Shown here piece by piece: positions 7,584-16,565 of a DNA stretch of 24,000 nucleotides. Positions within the stretch are counted from its first letter, which is position 1; every line of letters starts with the position of its first letter. Position numbers and translations under genes: made by a program. The stretch is from Halanaerobiales bacterium (GTDB lineage Bacteria > Bacillota > Halanaerobiia > Halanaerobiales > DTU029): assembly GCA_029981855.1 (NCBI GenBank), contig JARRCS010000004.1, forward strand, positions 2,074 to 26,073, written 5' to 3'. The notes under the pieces are model-generated. The model worked only from the letters and a program-made list of their open reading frames with translations, had not been told where the DNA came from and did no database searches.

Positions 7584-10154
7584 TTACCTCCCACAGCAAT
7601 GCTTATACTTCTTACCGCTTCCGCACGGACAGGGGTCATTTCTGCCCGGTTTATCTGGTTTAACGATTGGCCGACGTTTTACTAACTTCTTATTAGCCTG
7701 CTGTTCCCCGGCAGCCCTTCTCTGGACGAGGTTATTACTCTGCTGATACTGCAGATTCTCCCGATCAACATTAGGCGTTCTCAGGGTGAATCTCGGGGAA
7801 TCTTCCTCAACCTCGACCCGGAAGAGGTTTTTAATAATATCCTCCCTGATGGAACTGGTCATCTCATTGAACATATCATAGGATTCAAATATATACTCCG
7901 TCAGGGGGTCCTTCTGGCCGTAAGCCCTGAGCCCGATGCCCTGGCGCAATTCATCCATATTATCAAGGTGATTTATCCATTTCTGGTCAATAATCCTTAA
8001 GGCCAGGAATTTAATCAGTGCGAGCATCATTTCCTGCCCGAGCCTCTTCTCTTTAGCCTCATAGGTCTCCTGACCGAGCTTAACGAGATACTCCTTAATC
8101 TCATCTCTGGATTTACCCCTTAAATCCTCTTCTCCTAGCATCCTGTTAAAGTTATACTGGTTGAGATAATTAACCAATCCCTCCAGATCCCAGTCATCAG
8201 GGTGGATATCTTCTGAAATGAAGAGATTCATTACATCATCTACAGTCTTATTTACCATCATCAGGATATTTTCCTTAAGATCACCGGCAAAGAGAATCTG
8301 CCTTCTCTGCTGGTAGATAATCTCCCTCTGCATATTCATAATATTATCGTATTCCAGAACAGCCTTTCTGATCTCAAAATTACGACCCTCGACCTTTTTC
8401 TGGGCCCTTTCCAGGGCTCTGGTAATCATCTTATGCTTGATCGGCTCTTCCTCATCAATACCTATTTTATCCAGCAGACCTTTGATATTATCTGAGCCGA
8501 ATAGCCTGAGCAGATCATCCTCCAGAGAGACAAAAAACTGGGAAGAACCCGGATCTCCCTGACGACCTGAACGGCCTCTGAGCTGATTATCGATGCGGCG
8601 GCTTTCATGCCTCTCGGTACCGATTACATGCAGCCCACCCAGTTCCTTAACACCTTCACCGAGAACAATATCCGTTCCCCGCCCGGCCATATTGGTAGCA
8701 ATGGTAACGCTATTTTTCTGGCCAGCATCCTTAATAATCTCTGCCTCCCGCTCATGATTCTTGGCATTGAGGACATTATGGGGTATCCCCCTTCTCTTCA
8801 AACGCCTGCTCAATTCTTCGGATTTATCAATATCAACCGTACCTACCAGTACCGGTTGGCCTTTTTGATAACGTTCAACAATCTCCTCAATAACCGCGTT
8901 GAATTTCTGATCCTCATTGGCAAAAACAACATCAGGCAGGTCCTCCCTGATCATCGGTTTATTGGTCGGAATAACCACTACCTCCATGCCGTAGATCTTG
9001 ATAAACTCCTCCTCTTCAGTAGCGGCAGTACCGGTCATTCCGGCTAATTTATCATACATCCTGAAGTAGTTCTGATAGGTGATGCTGGCAAAGGTCTGGC
9101 TCTCCTTATTGACGGCCACACCCTCCTTGGCCTCTATCGCCTGATGCAGTCCCTCACTGTAACGGCGGCCCTCCATAATTCGACCCGTAAACTCATCAAC
9201 AATCTTAACCTCGCCATCCTTGACAATATAATCCCGGTCCTTCTTCATCAGGGTATGGGCCTTTAGAGCCTGATTTAACTGGTGAGCCAGCTTAAAATTC
9301 TCGTCATCGTAGAGATTGGAGATGCCAAGCATCTTCTCGACCCTGGCCACCCCTTCCTCGGTCAGATGGACTACCTTATTCTTCTCGTCAAGTTCATAGT
9401 CCCTCTCCTTAACCAGCCGTGGGATAATCCGGTTAAATTTGGTATAATCCCGGGTAGATTCCTGGACTGGCCCGGAGATAATCAGGGGGGTCCTGGCCTC
9501 ATCGATCAGGATGCTGTCTACCTCATCGAGAATAGCATAATTGAGTTCCCTCTGGACCACATCCTCGGGCCGGTAGGCCATATTATCCCTCAGATAGTCG
9601 AAGCCAAACTCATTATTGGTTCCGTAAGTGATATCAGCATTATAGGCCTTCTTTCTCTCTTCAGGGCTCATCCCATTCAGGATTACACCTACAGAGAGAC
9701 CCAGAAACCTGTAGATTTGCCCCATCCACTCACTATCCCTTTTAGCCAGGTAGTCATTGACGGTAACCACATGAACACCCTTACCGGTGAGGGCATTGAG
9801 ATAAACGGGTAATGTCGCTGCCAGGGTCTTGCCTTCCCCGGTCTTCATCTCGGCAATCTTTCCCTGGTGTAGAACGATACCGCCCATTAACTGGACATCA
9901 AAGTGACGAAATTTCTCTTTGGTAGAACGCTGGGCTGCCTCACGGACAACCGCAAAGGCCTCCGGCAGAAGGTCATCAAGGGTCTCTCCTCCGGCCAGCC
10001 TCTCCTTAAACTCAGTGGTCTTGGCCCTCAGTTCCCCATCCGATAACTTCTGCATCTTAGGTTCCAGGCTATTAATCATATCAACAATCGGTTGTAATTT
10101 TTCCAATTCTCTTTCATTAGAATCCTTAAAGATCTTTTTAATAAAATTCAGCAT
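7584..10154 (-). CDS. secA: Preprotein translocase ATPase SecA
   Basis: [20 protein letters not shown]..., the DEAD-like motor motifs ([39 protein letters not shown]) and the C-terminal zinc finger [14 protein letters not shown] are all present. I prefer the ATG at 10154 (GAGGG 8 nt upstream) over the ORF-track GTG at 10163. Confidence 0.97.
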   Translation of the reverse strand: MLNFIKKIFKDSNERELEKLQPIVDMINSLEPKMQKLSDGELRAKTTEFKERLAGGETLDDLLPEAFAVVREAAQRSTKEKFRHFDVQLMGGIVLHQGKIAEMKTGEGKTLAATLPVYLNALTGKGVHVVTVNDYLAKRDSEWMGQIYRFLGLSVGVILNGMSPEERKKAYNADITYGTNNEFGFDYLRDNMAYRPEDVVQRELNYAILDEVDSILIDEARTPLIISGPVQESTRDYTKFNRIIPRLVKERDYELDEKNKVVHLTEEGVARVEKMLGISNLYDDENFKLAHQLNQALKAHTLMKKDRDYIVKDGEVKIVDEFTGRIMEGRRYSEGLHQAIEAKEGVAVNKESQTFASITYQNYFRMYDKLAGMTGTAATEEEEFIKIYGMEVVVIPTNKPMIREDLPDVVFANEDQKFNAVIEEIVERYQKGQPVLVGTVDIDKSEELSRRLKRRGIPHNVLNAKNHEREAEIIKDAGQKNSVTIATNMAGRGTDIVLGEGVKELGGLHVIGTERHESRRIDNQLRGRSGRQGDPGSSQFFVSLEDDLLRLFGSDNIKGLLDKIGIDEEEPIKHKMITRALERAQKKVEGRNFEIRKAVLEYDNIMNMQREIIYQQRRQILFAGDLKENILMMVNKTVDDVMNLFISEDIHPDDWDLEGLVNYLNQYNFNRMLGEEDLRGKSRDEIKEYLVKLGQETYEAKEKRLGQEMMLALIKFLALRIIDQKWINHLDNMDELRQGIGLRAYGQKDPLTEYIFESYDMFNEMTSSIREDIIKNLFRVEVEEDSPRFTLRTPNVDRENLQYQQSNNLVQRRAAGEQQANKKLVKRRPIVKPDKPGRNDPCPCGSGKKYKHCCGR

Positions 10155-10185
10155 TATAATCACCCTCTGGGTATTCTAGGCATTA

Positions 10186-10217
10186 ATGAAAATGTCAGGG
10201 TAAGATAACCCTGACAT
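10186..10217 (-). terminator. Terminator-like hairpin between the glutamate-synthase-family gene and secA
   Basis: Minus strand: the stem ATGTCAGGG (217-209) / CCCTGACAT (200-192) with an 8-nt loop is followed by TTTCATT, so the U tract is short. It lies downstream of a strong promoter-like site, so it may act as a leader attenuator. Confidence 0.45.
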
Positions 10218-10235
10218 CCTCATTCCCCAGATTTA

Positions 10236-10264
10236 ATTATAACACCATTTAAACTAAAACTCAA
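10236..10264 (-). promoter_or_regulatory. Sigma-A type promoter upstream of secA
   Basis: Minus strand: TTGAGT (10264-10259), a 17-nt spacer, and TGtTATAAT (extended -10; TATAAT at 10241-10236). Confidence 0.5.
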
Positions 10265-10283
10265 CTGAGATTTAAAACCCTCT

Positions 10284-11924
10284 TTAACCCTTTAAGATCT
10301 CTTTTGCTTCCTCATCAAAGGCCTCGGTCAGGTAAGGAAGTCCGGTTACTTCGGCCGTCTCTTTGTTGGCAGCGACCAGGTCAGAACGGCTGATACTATC
10401 TATGCTGAACTTCCGGGCACCGGCCATAAACTGCTGCAGTCCCGCTGATAGCTTGTCAACTAAGGTCCAGAGGGCGACAGCGCCGAAGGGGATATTCTTC
10501 ATCTCATCCTCGCCGACAATCTCCATTACATCATACCAGCCGGCAAAGATACTCTCCGGAGTCTCTCCGAATTCGGTAACGGTATTGGGCAGCTTATCCC
10601 AGTTGCCGTTTAGTTTTTCCCTTCTCTCCGGATAGAATACCCCTTCAATATTGGAGCCGAGGAAACCGGGGATCATCGGTGCCCTTCCCATACAGACAAG
10701 CTTGACATAGGGGGCCCCTAAAGCTAGAGCTTTGAAGATATGGTCCTCCCTGGCCAGACCGCCTGCCAGAGCCAGATCGGGTACCCTGATTCCCTGCTCG
10801 TTTAGGATATCTGCATATTCAATTGCCTTACTGTGCAGGGGCAGGGAAGGTATACCCCAGTGCTCCATCATGTTCCAGGGGCTCATACCTGTACCTCCGC
10901 CGGCTCCATCTATCGTAAGTAAGTCCAGGCCGGCATCGGCAGCAAAACGGAGAGCCATAGCTAAACCCTTCATTCCGTAAGCACCGGTCTTTAATGAAAT
11001 TCGCTTAAAGCCGAGCTTCCGTAAGTATTCTACAGAGTTCATAAAACTCTCCCTCAGGGCAGAAACTGTATCTGCATCAGTTCCTCCCAGTCTGCTGTGG
11101 CGGGCAAAACTCTGCAGGGAACCATTTTTAAAGGCCTCCTGATTCTTTTTCAGGGTCGGGTCAGGATCAACTACATAACCCCTCTCGGCCAGAAACCGGG
11201 CATATTCCAGGCTCTTAACCTGAATCTCTCCACCAATATCTTTAGCCCCCTGGCCCCATTTTAATTCGATGATTACATCATCACCATAGTTTTCTACCAC
11301 ATATTCGGCAACACCATTCCGGGTATCCTCAACATTTAACTGGACGAAGATTGCCCCACCGCCATCGGCATATTTGAGATAGGTCTTGATCCGCCGGTCT
11401 AACTCAGGTGCTTTGACGACCTTACCATCTTCAATCACTGCTTCCCGGTCAACACCGACAACATTCTCACCGATTACAATTGGAAAGCCGGCCAGGGCCG
11501 CACCGATGGCAAAGGAATCCCAGTACTTGGCCGCAATAAAGGTTGAGCCCAGGGCACCGGTCATAATCGGGACCTTACATTTTGTCTTAACCTCATTACC
11601 GAACTCTGTCTCGATATTTACATTAGGAAAAATACAATCATCAGCACTGTTACTTAATCCCTCCGGTAGGCCCTCAGCTCCATGGGTATAGCCCTGAATC
11701 CTAAGGGCATGGTAACCTACTCCCTGGGGGGCAATATTGGCGCTTCCGGAGGTAATCTCCCCGAAGTCCCTGGGGTAGAGCATCTTTCTTCCTCGCAAAG
11801 AGGAAAGCCAGGTCTCACACTTCCCCTGACAGTCGGCTCTACACAGGGTACAGAGTCCGGATTCTGCCGGATCACCCCTATTCACCGTTCCCAGTGCATC
11901 ATTTCTCTTTCTCCAATTACTCAT
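10284..11924 (-). CDS. FMN-binding glutamate synthase family protein (GltB FMN-domain-like)
   Basis: 546 aa. It has an N-terminal Cys cluster (CTLCRADCQGKC), then PIMTGALGS..., LKTGAYG, IDGAGGGTGMSP and LALAGGL, as in the PF01645-type glutamate synthase central domain. Confidence 0.75.
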   Translation of the reverse strand: MSNWRKRNDALGTVNRGDPAESGLCTLCRADCQGKCETWLSSLRGRKMLYPRDFGEITSGSANIAPQGVGYHALRIQGYTHGAEGLPEGLSNSADDCIFPNVNIETEFGNEVKTKCKVPIMTGALGSTFIAAKYWDSFAIGAALAGFPIVIGENVVGVDREAVIEDGKVVKAPELDRRIKTYLKYADGGGAIFVQLNVEDTRNGVAEYVVENYGDDVIIELKWGQGAKDIGGEIQVKSLEYARFLAERGYVVDPDPTLKKNQEAFKNGSLQSFARHSRLGGTDADTVSALRESFMNSVEYLRKLGFKRISLKTGAYGMKGLAMALRFAADAGLDLLTIDGAGGGTGMSPWNMMEHWGIPSLPLHSKAIEYADILNEQGIRVPDLALAGGLAREDHIFKALALGAPYVKLVCMGRAPMIPGFLGSNIEGVFYPERREKLNGNWDKLPNTVTEFGETPESIFAGWYDVMEIVGEDEMKNIPFGAVALWTLVDKLSAGLQQFMAGARKFSIDSISRSDLVAANKETAEVTGLPYLTEAFDEEAKEILKG

Positions 11925-12076
11925 CTCTACTCACTCCTCAAAATGTTGTATAATTAAATATTTTTTCTATATATTTATTCTCTTAAAATACGAAAAACCC
12001 TTTTCACTATGTGAAAATTTTTAATACTTTCGCACCTCCTGAGAATAATACCCGCAAACTAATCTATCAATGGGCA

Positions 12077-12110
12077 AGAAAAAACCAGCGGATCATAATC
12101 TCCCGCTGGT
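12077..12110 (-). terminator. Rho-independent terminator after hpf
   Basis: Minus strand: ACCAGCGG (12110-12103) / CCGCTGGT (12091-12084) with an 11-nt loop is followed by TTTTTCTT. Confidence 0.75.
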
Positions 12111-12138
12111 AGTAGCCACGTAATGTTTCAATATGTTT

Positions 12139-12702
12139 TTAAAAAGTCGGCTCGATCAAGCCGTAGTTGCCATCCTTCCTCTTATAAACAACATTGACCT
12201 CTTCGGTCTCGGCATTGGAAAAGACAAAAAAGTCATGACCGAGGAGATCCATCTGCATAATCGCCTCCTGAACATCCATCGGCTTTATCGCAAACCTCTT
12301 GGTACGAACAATCTTGGGCTCAAATTCATCTTCTTCAATATCCTCGTCATTAAATAGTTCTTCTGTTCTCTCTTCCTTATACTCTTCCTTAAACTCCTGC
12401 TTTCTCTCTCTGATCTTGCGAGTAATTTTTGTTTTATATTTACGTACCTGGCGTTCCAGTTTCTCAATAACGCCATCAATAGAGGCATACATATCATGTG
12501 TTTCTTCCTCTCCCCTGAGAATAATCCCATTGATATAAGCAGTTACCTCTACAATATGCCTATCCTTCTCAACCTGCATAGAAATATGGGCTTCCAGAGG
12601 TGCTCCATTGAAAAACTTGGCGATCTTACTGACCTTTTCCTCCGCGTAATTCTTTAAAGCCGGAGTAACATCAATATTCTTTCCATAGGTCATAATCTTC
12701 AT
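12139..12702 (-). CDS. hpf: Ribosome hibernation promoting factor, long form
   Basis: 187 aa. MKIMTYGKNIDVTPALKNYAEEKVSKI... is the S30AE N-domain. An acidic/basic linker follows, then a C-terminal dimerisation domain (RFAIKPMDVQEAIMQMDLLGHDFFVFSNAETEEVNVVYKRKDGNYGLIEP). Confidence 0.93.
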   Translation of the reverse strand: MKIMTYGKNIDVTPALKNYAEEKVSKIAKFFNGAPLEAHISMQVEKDRHIVEVTAYINGIILRGEEETHDMYASIDGVIEKLERQVRKYKTKITRKIRERKQEFKEEYKEERTEELFNDEDIEEDEFEPKIVRTKRFAIKPMDVQEAIMQMDLLGHDFFVFSNAETEEVNVVYKRKDGNYGLIEPTF

Positions 12703-12893
12703 TTTACCCGCCCCTTTCTTAAAATCTTAATGTCTAGTAAATTATGCATAGCTGAATCTGTGCACAATTTACGACATCAACAAATTGACCTTTTAAATGA
12801 TTATAGTAAAGCCAATTTGTTCAAATTATGTTAAGCCAAAACCAACATAATTTCCGCCATAACAACTACTAAAACTTCAGTATATTATAATTA

Positions 12894-12923
12894 ATATTCG
12901 ACAAAAAGATAATAAATTCCTGC
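12894..12923 (-). promoter_or_regulatory. Candidate sigma-H promoter for hpf
   Basis: Minus strand: GCAGGAATT, a 12-nt spacer, then GTCGAATAT. This matches the B. subtilis sigma-H consensus RNAGGAWWW-N11-12-RNNGAATWW as I recall it. A TATAAT (12890-12885) directly follows. Confidence 0.4.
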
Positions 12924-13040
12924 CTAAAATATTTATACCATCCCCTATTTATTCTCCTTGACTTTTAGAATATTTATTCATTTAATAATCGCTTTAGAGA
13001 TTATGATTAGGTAATCGGCGAAAATTATTCCCCGGCAATC

Positions 13041-13072
13041 AAAAAAACCCTGATCACTTAGAGCAATCAGGG
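13041..13072 (-). terminator. Rho-independent terminator after the cold-shock gene
   Basis: Minus strand: CCCTGAT (13072-13066) / ATCAGGG (13054-13048) with an 11-nt loop is followed by TTTTTTT (13047-13041). Confidence 0.75.
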
Positions 13073-13106
13073 TGGTGTTGCTATATTATAAGGTCCTTAC
13101 ATACCA

Positions 13107-13310
13107 TTATAATTTAACAACATTTGCGGCTTGAGGACCACGATCACCTTCTACGATCTCAAATTCTACATCCTGGCCTTCTTCCAGTGTCTTGAATCCT
13201 TCATCCTGGATGGCAGAGAAGTGGACAAATACATCATCACCATCTTCTCTTTCAATAAAACCATAACCTTTCTGTGCATCGAACCATTTCACCTTACCAG
13301 AAAAAATCAT
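13107..13310 (-). CDS. Cold-shock protein, CspA family
   Basis: 67 aa. [30 protein letters not shown] contains the RNP1/RNP2 motifs. AGGAGGA lies upstream of the ATG. Confidence 0.95.
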   Translation of the reverse strand: MIFSGKVKWFDAQKGYGFIEREDGDDVFVHFSAIQDEGFKTLEEGQDVEFEIVEGDRGPQAANVVKL

Positions 13311-13381
13311 CTTTAAACATTCCTCCTAAAAATTCTTTAAATGGGCATTCGTTTTCCTAAGTATTTGTACCCATCAACATT

Positions 13382-13410
13382 ACTATAACATAACCCCGGA
13401 TACTTGTCAA
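13382..13410 (-). promoter_or_regulatory. Sigma-A promoter of the cold-shock gene
   Basis: Minus strand: TTGACA (13410-13405), a 17-nt spacer and TATAGT (13387-13382), with an A/T-rich UP-like tract upstream. It predicts a leader of about 65 nt. Confidence 0.65.
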
Positions 13411-13461
13411 ATAAATTTTTAATTGATTTTGCCTATTTTTACAAATTATTTCCGGCGATTA

Positions 13462-14205
13462 TTAATCCTGAATTCTCCCGGTGGCCAGAGTTAAAACATA
13501 AACCGATTTTATCCCACCCTTCTCTTTCAAAACAAGACTTGCTTCATTTACCGTAGCACCGGTAGTTAAAATGTCATCAATTAAAAGGATAACCTTATCC
13601 TTAATTTTTTCTCTATCAGCAAGCGCAAAACTACCCCTGATTACCCTATCCCTCTCTTCCGGGCCGAGATTATAGAGGGGCTGACTGTTTTTTATTCTCA
13701 GTAAAGCTCCGGTTAGTACCGGAATTCCGCATTTTTTTCCCAGAGAATCAGCCAGTATTCCGGCCTGATTATAACCCCTCTCCTCTTCCCTTTTTGCATG
13801 CAAAGGAATAGGAATAAGATAATCTATCCTATAATTATCATAATAGTGATGAAAATAAAGGGTTAAAAGCTCACTTAACGGCTCCTTTAATTCCAGGATA
13901 TGGCCGTATTTAAACTTCAGAATCAGCTCCCTCATCATCCCGTCATAGAGAGCAACACTTCTGGCCAGATTAAAATTAAAGGGTTTTGACCTGCATAATC
14001 TGCATAAAGCCGGCTTTTCCGGTGAAATAACCCGTCCACAATGGAGACAATAGTAATTAATAAAGTCAATCTTCCTCAGACATTCAGGACATAACCCTTT
14101 TATCTCCGGAAAAAATAATCTGGCGCCACAGTTAAAACATCGCTCCCTTTCCGGATAAACCATATCTAGTATGCTTGACCAAACCTTTAGTAATAACCCC
14201 CGCAT
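13462..14205 (-). CDS. comFC: ComF family protein (ComFC-type phosphoribosyltransferase-fold competence protein)
   Basis: 247 aa. It has N-terminal Cys pairs (CFNCGA...CPEC, CLHCG...CRLC) and a C-terminal PRTase motif (VILLIDDILTTGATVNEA). Confidence 0.85.
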   Translation of the reverse strand: MRGLLLKVWSSILDMVYPERERCFNCGARLFFPEIKGLCPECLRKIDFINYYCLHCGRVISPEKPALCRLCRSKPFNFNLARSVALYDGMMRELILKFKYGHILELKEPLSELLTLYFHHYYDNYRIDYLIPIPLHAKREEERGYNQAGILADSLGKKCGIPVLTGALLRIKNSQPLYNLGPEERDRVIRGSFALADREKIKDKVILLIDDILTTGATVNEASLVLKEKGGIKSVYVLTLATGRIQD

Positions 14206-14212
14206 TTTGGAT

Positions 14213-14836
14213 CTAACCTACTAAATCCTGCAGATTAAAGTTCTCCCTTATCTTCTCGATCTTTTTCCGGGCACGCTGTAAGGCATTATCTACCGCCTTA
14301 ATGTTTACCTCCAGGTTAGTAGAAATCTCCTGATAGGACTTGCTTTCTAAATACTGCATAAAAACCTCTTTTTCTAACTCCGTTAATTCATCATCTATGA
14401 CCTTAAAAATCATCCTTAACTGTTCCTGATAGATAAATCTTTCTTCCAGACCATTTTCATTACTGGCCAGTATCTCTTTATAACTACGGTTATTCTCATT
14501 ATTATCAAAGGATTTATCGATTGAGGTTGAACTATTTAGGGGGATATGTTTCTGTCTGTTGGCCCGTTTAATCGCAGAAACAAGCTGTCTATGGATACAT
14601 AACTGGGCAAATCCCCGGAAAGAAGCAGCCCTTTCAATCCGGTAATCCCTGATTGCCTTAAACAGCCCTACCATGCCCTCCTGGATTACATCATCACGGT
14701 CAAGTCCCTTGATGAAAAAATACCTTGCTTTGGCATAAACAATATCCATATTATTATTAATTAGATACTCAATCGCCTGCCGGTTTCCCTTCTGAGCCTG
14801 TTTAATAATCTCCTCTTCTTCCTGCTGTTTAAACAT
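14213..14836 (-). CDS. sigH: RNA polymerase sigma factor SigH (sigma-30 type)
   Basis: 207 aa. DDVIQEGMVGLFKAIRDYR...SFRGFAQLCIHRQLVSAIKRANRQKHIPLNSSTSIDK closely follows B. subtilis SigH (FAELCITRQIITAIKTATRQKHIPLNSYASLDK). The C-terminal part is SYQEISTNLEVNIKAVDNALQRARKKIEK. Confidence 0.85.
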   Translation of the reverse strand: MFKQQEEEEIIKQAQKGNRQAIEYLINNNMDIVYAKARYFFIKGLDRDDVIQEGMVGLFKAIRDYRIERAASFRGFAQLCIHRQLVSAIKRANRQKHIPLNSSTSIDKSFDNNENNRSYKEILASNENGLEERFIYQEQLRMIFKVIDDELTELEKEVFMQYLESKSYQEISTNLEVNIKAVDNALQRARKKIEKIRENFNLQDLVG

Positions 14837-14860
14837 TTTATCACCCCGGACGCAAGGAAT

Positions 14861-14989
14861 TTAGTCAAGGATAAATTTAAAAATCTGGTCAAAGGAAATA
14901 TTTAAGTCAACAATGGTTGCCATCACCAGTAAAATGATCAAGACCATTAAAAAATTAACTTCCCATTTTTTTAAAATCTGCTTTTTCAT
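14861..14989 (-). CDS. Hypothetical 42-aa membrane peptide
   Basis: The translation is MKKQILKKWEVNFLMVLIILLVMATIVDLNISFDQIFKFILD, with one hydrophobic helix. The ATG starts 2 nt after the hldC stop (TGAATATG) and the ORF fills the hldC-sigH gap. It is below the ORF-track length cutoff and I recognise no homolog. Confidence 0.3.
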   Translation of the reverse strand: MKKQILKKWEVNFLMVLIILLVMATIVDLNISFDQIFKFILD

Positions 14990-14991
14990 AT

Positions 14992-15465
14992 TCATAACCC
15001 TTTAATTTTTTTAATAATCTCTGACGTAGAGCAACCATTTACTACAGGAACCAGTTCAACCTCTCCTCCGTAATCCTTAACAACCGACCATTCCGGCAGG
15101 GTTGACAAGGTATAATCCCCACCTTTAACATAGACATCTGGCTTAAGTTCCCGCAGCAGACAGGAGGAGGTAGTCTCATTAAAAATAACCAGGTAATCGA
15201 TCATCTCCAGGTAGGATAATAATTCCACCCGCTCATCCTGCGACATAATCGGTCTCTTTTCTCCCTTTAACTGACGCACCGAACTATCACTATTAACCCC
15301 GACAATTAAAACATCTCCCAAAGCCTTTGCTTTGGCCAGGGAACGGACATGACCGACATGGATCAGGTCAAAACAGCCATTAGTAAAGACAATTCTTTTC
15401 TTCTGCTGCCGGAGCCTGGCTACAATCTCTTTTAGTTCGGCTAACTCTTTAATCTTTTCCTCCAT
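14992..15465 (-). CDS. hldC: D-glycero-beta-D-manno-heptose 1-phosphate adenylyltransferase (RfaE domain II type)
   Basis: 157 aa. VFTNGCFDLIHVGHVRSL is the cytidylyltransferase HxGH motif, followed by VGVNSDSSVRQLKGEKRPI and VKGGDY. It overlaps hldA by 17 nt. Confidence 0.8.
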   Translation of the reverse strand: MEEKIKELAELKEIVARLRQQKKRIVFTNGCFDLIHVGHVRSLAKAKALGDVLIVGVNSDSSVRQLKGEKRPIMSQDERVELLSYLEMIDYLVIFNETTSSCLLRELKPDVYVKGGDYTLSTLPEWSVVKDYGGEVELVPVVNGCSTSEIIKKIKGL

Positions 15466-16450
15466 TTTTCAGCACTTCCTTCCTTAATTCCTCCGGGGTT
15501 ACGGTGGCCACCCCGCTTTTCCTTATGACAATACCTGCTGCATAATTAGCCAGTTCCATAGCTGTATAAATATCCGCTCCGGAGCTTAAAGCCAGGGTAA
15601 GTGTACCTACAACAGTATCACCTGCCCCGGTCACATCAAATACCTCTGTATAATTGGCTGCCGGTATGTGCTTATAATCACCTCCCCTGGTAAAAATGGT
15701 CATCCCCTCTCCACCCTGGGTAATCAGCAGGTAATCCAGATCCATCTGTGGCAGGAGCTCTTTCCCCGCATCTATAACCTCTGCCTGAGTGGTAATGCTT
15801 CGCCCCAGGGCATAACCTGCCTCTTCCAAATTGGGGGTAGCAATTGTTGCCCCCCGGAAATCGCGTAGATTAAACCTGGTATCGACGGAAACAACCTTTT
15901 TCTTCTTCCTGGCGAGCTGAATTACCTCTCTTTTAACCCTTTCAGTAAAGACACCATTTCCATAATCAGATAACAAAATCCCGTCAATATTCTCTATTCC
16001 GGAAGAGATATAATCCAGGATCTTCTCCTCAATATCCTTCTTAATTGGGGATCTATCGAGGTAGTCTATTCTTACGACCTGCTGTTTGACAACCTGTTCC
16101 CCTCCCGCCAGAATCCGGGTTTTAAGAGCAGTAGGTCTATCCTGACAGATAGCAATGCCCCCGGTCTTGATACCCTTCTCCTGGAGGAACTGAGAAAGCA
16201 GGCGGCCCGCCCGGTCATCACCGATCACACCTACCAGGCTAACACTCCCCCCCAGACTGCAGATATTATAGGCCGCATTTGCCCCACCCCCAGGAAGAAT
16301 CTCCGTATTACGGTGGAGTAAGATTAAAACAGGTGCTTCCCTCGAGAGGCGTTCAGGTTGTCCAATTATAAACTCATCAGCAATAATATCCCCTATAACC
16401 ATAATTTTTCGTTCTTTAAACAACGGTATATAGTTCAACAGTTCCTTCAT
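15449..16450 (-). CDS. hldA: D-glycero-beta-D-manno-heptose-7-phosphate kinase (RfaE domain I, PfkB family)
   Basis: 333 aa. IMVIGDIIADEFIIGQPERLSREAPVLIL, GGGANAAYN and the C-terminal DVTGAGDTV are the PfkB/RfaE kinase motifs. Confidence 0.8.
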   Translation of the reverse strand: MKELLNYIPLFKERKIMVIGDIIADEFIIGQPERLSREAPVLILLHRNTEILPGGGANAAYNICSLGGSVSLVGVIGDDRAGRLLSQFLQEKGIKTGGIAICQDRPTALKTRILAGGEQVVKQQVVRIDYLDRSPIKKDIEEKILDYISSGIENIDGILLSDYGNGVFTERVKREVIQLARKKKKVVSVDTRFNLRDFRGATIATPNLEEAGYALGRSITTQAEVIDAGKELLPQMDLDYLLITQGGEGMTIFTRGGDYKHIPAANYTEVFDVTGAGDTVVGTLTLALSSGADIYTAMELANYAAGIVIRKSGVATVTPEELRKEVLKNGGKD

Positions 16451-16565
16451 CCTTAAATGGCGTAAGATACCCCGTCCTCTATAAGGCGAGGAGGAATGCG
16501 CCTTCCCCCTTCCTGTTAAGCAGAATAGATGTAACCATAACCATCAACTCTTAATTACAGCAGGA

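Noticed and set aside
8607-9812. Long plus-strand ORFs in the track (for example 8607-9047, 9282-9812, 10363-10635, 11386-11957, 19421-19954, 19570-20214, 20024-20461).
   Set aside because: All lie antisense to minus-strand genes with clear homologs (secA, the glutamate-synthase-family gene, flgI). Their translations are low-complexity and have no recognisable motifs or ribosome-binding sites. They are shadow ORFs.
12958-12986. A plus-strand promoter-like site, TTGACT-17-TTTAAT, points toward the cold-shock gene terminator and could yield an antisense RNA.
   Set aside because: Such hexamer pairs are frequent by chance in an AT-rich spacer. There is no plus-strand gene or terminator downstream. 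I kept it only as a note.
12703-13040. A raiA-motif RNA or another structured leader upstream of hpf (raiA).
   Set aside because: The region is AT-rich. It has no extended GC-supported helices that I could find, unlike the GC-rich raiA motif. It is better explained as promoter and UP-element DNA.
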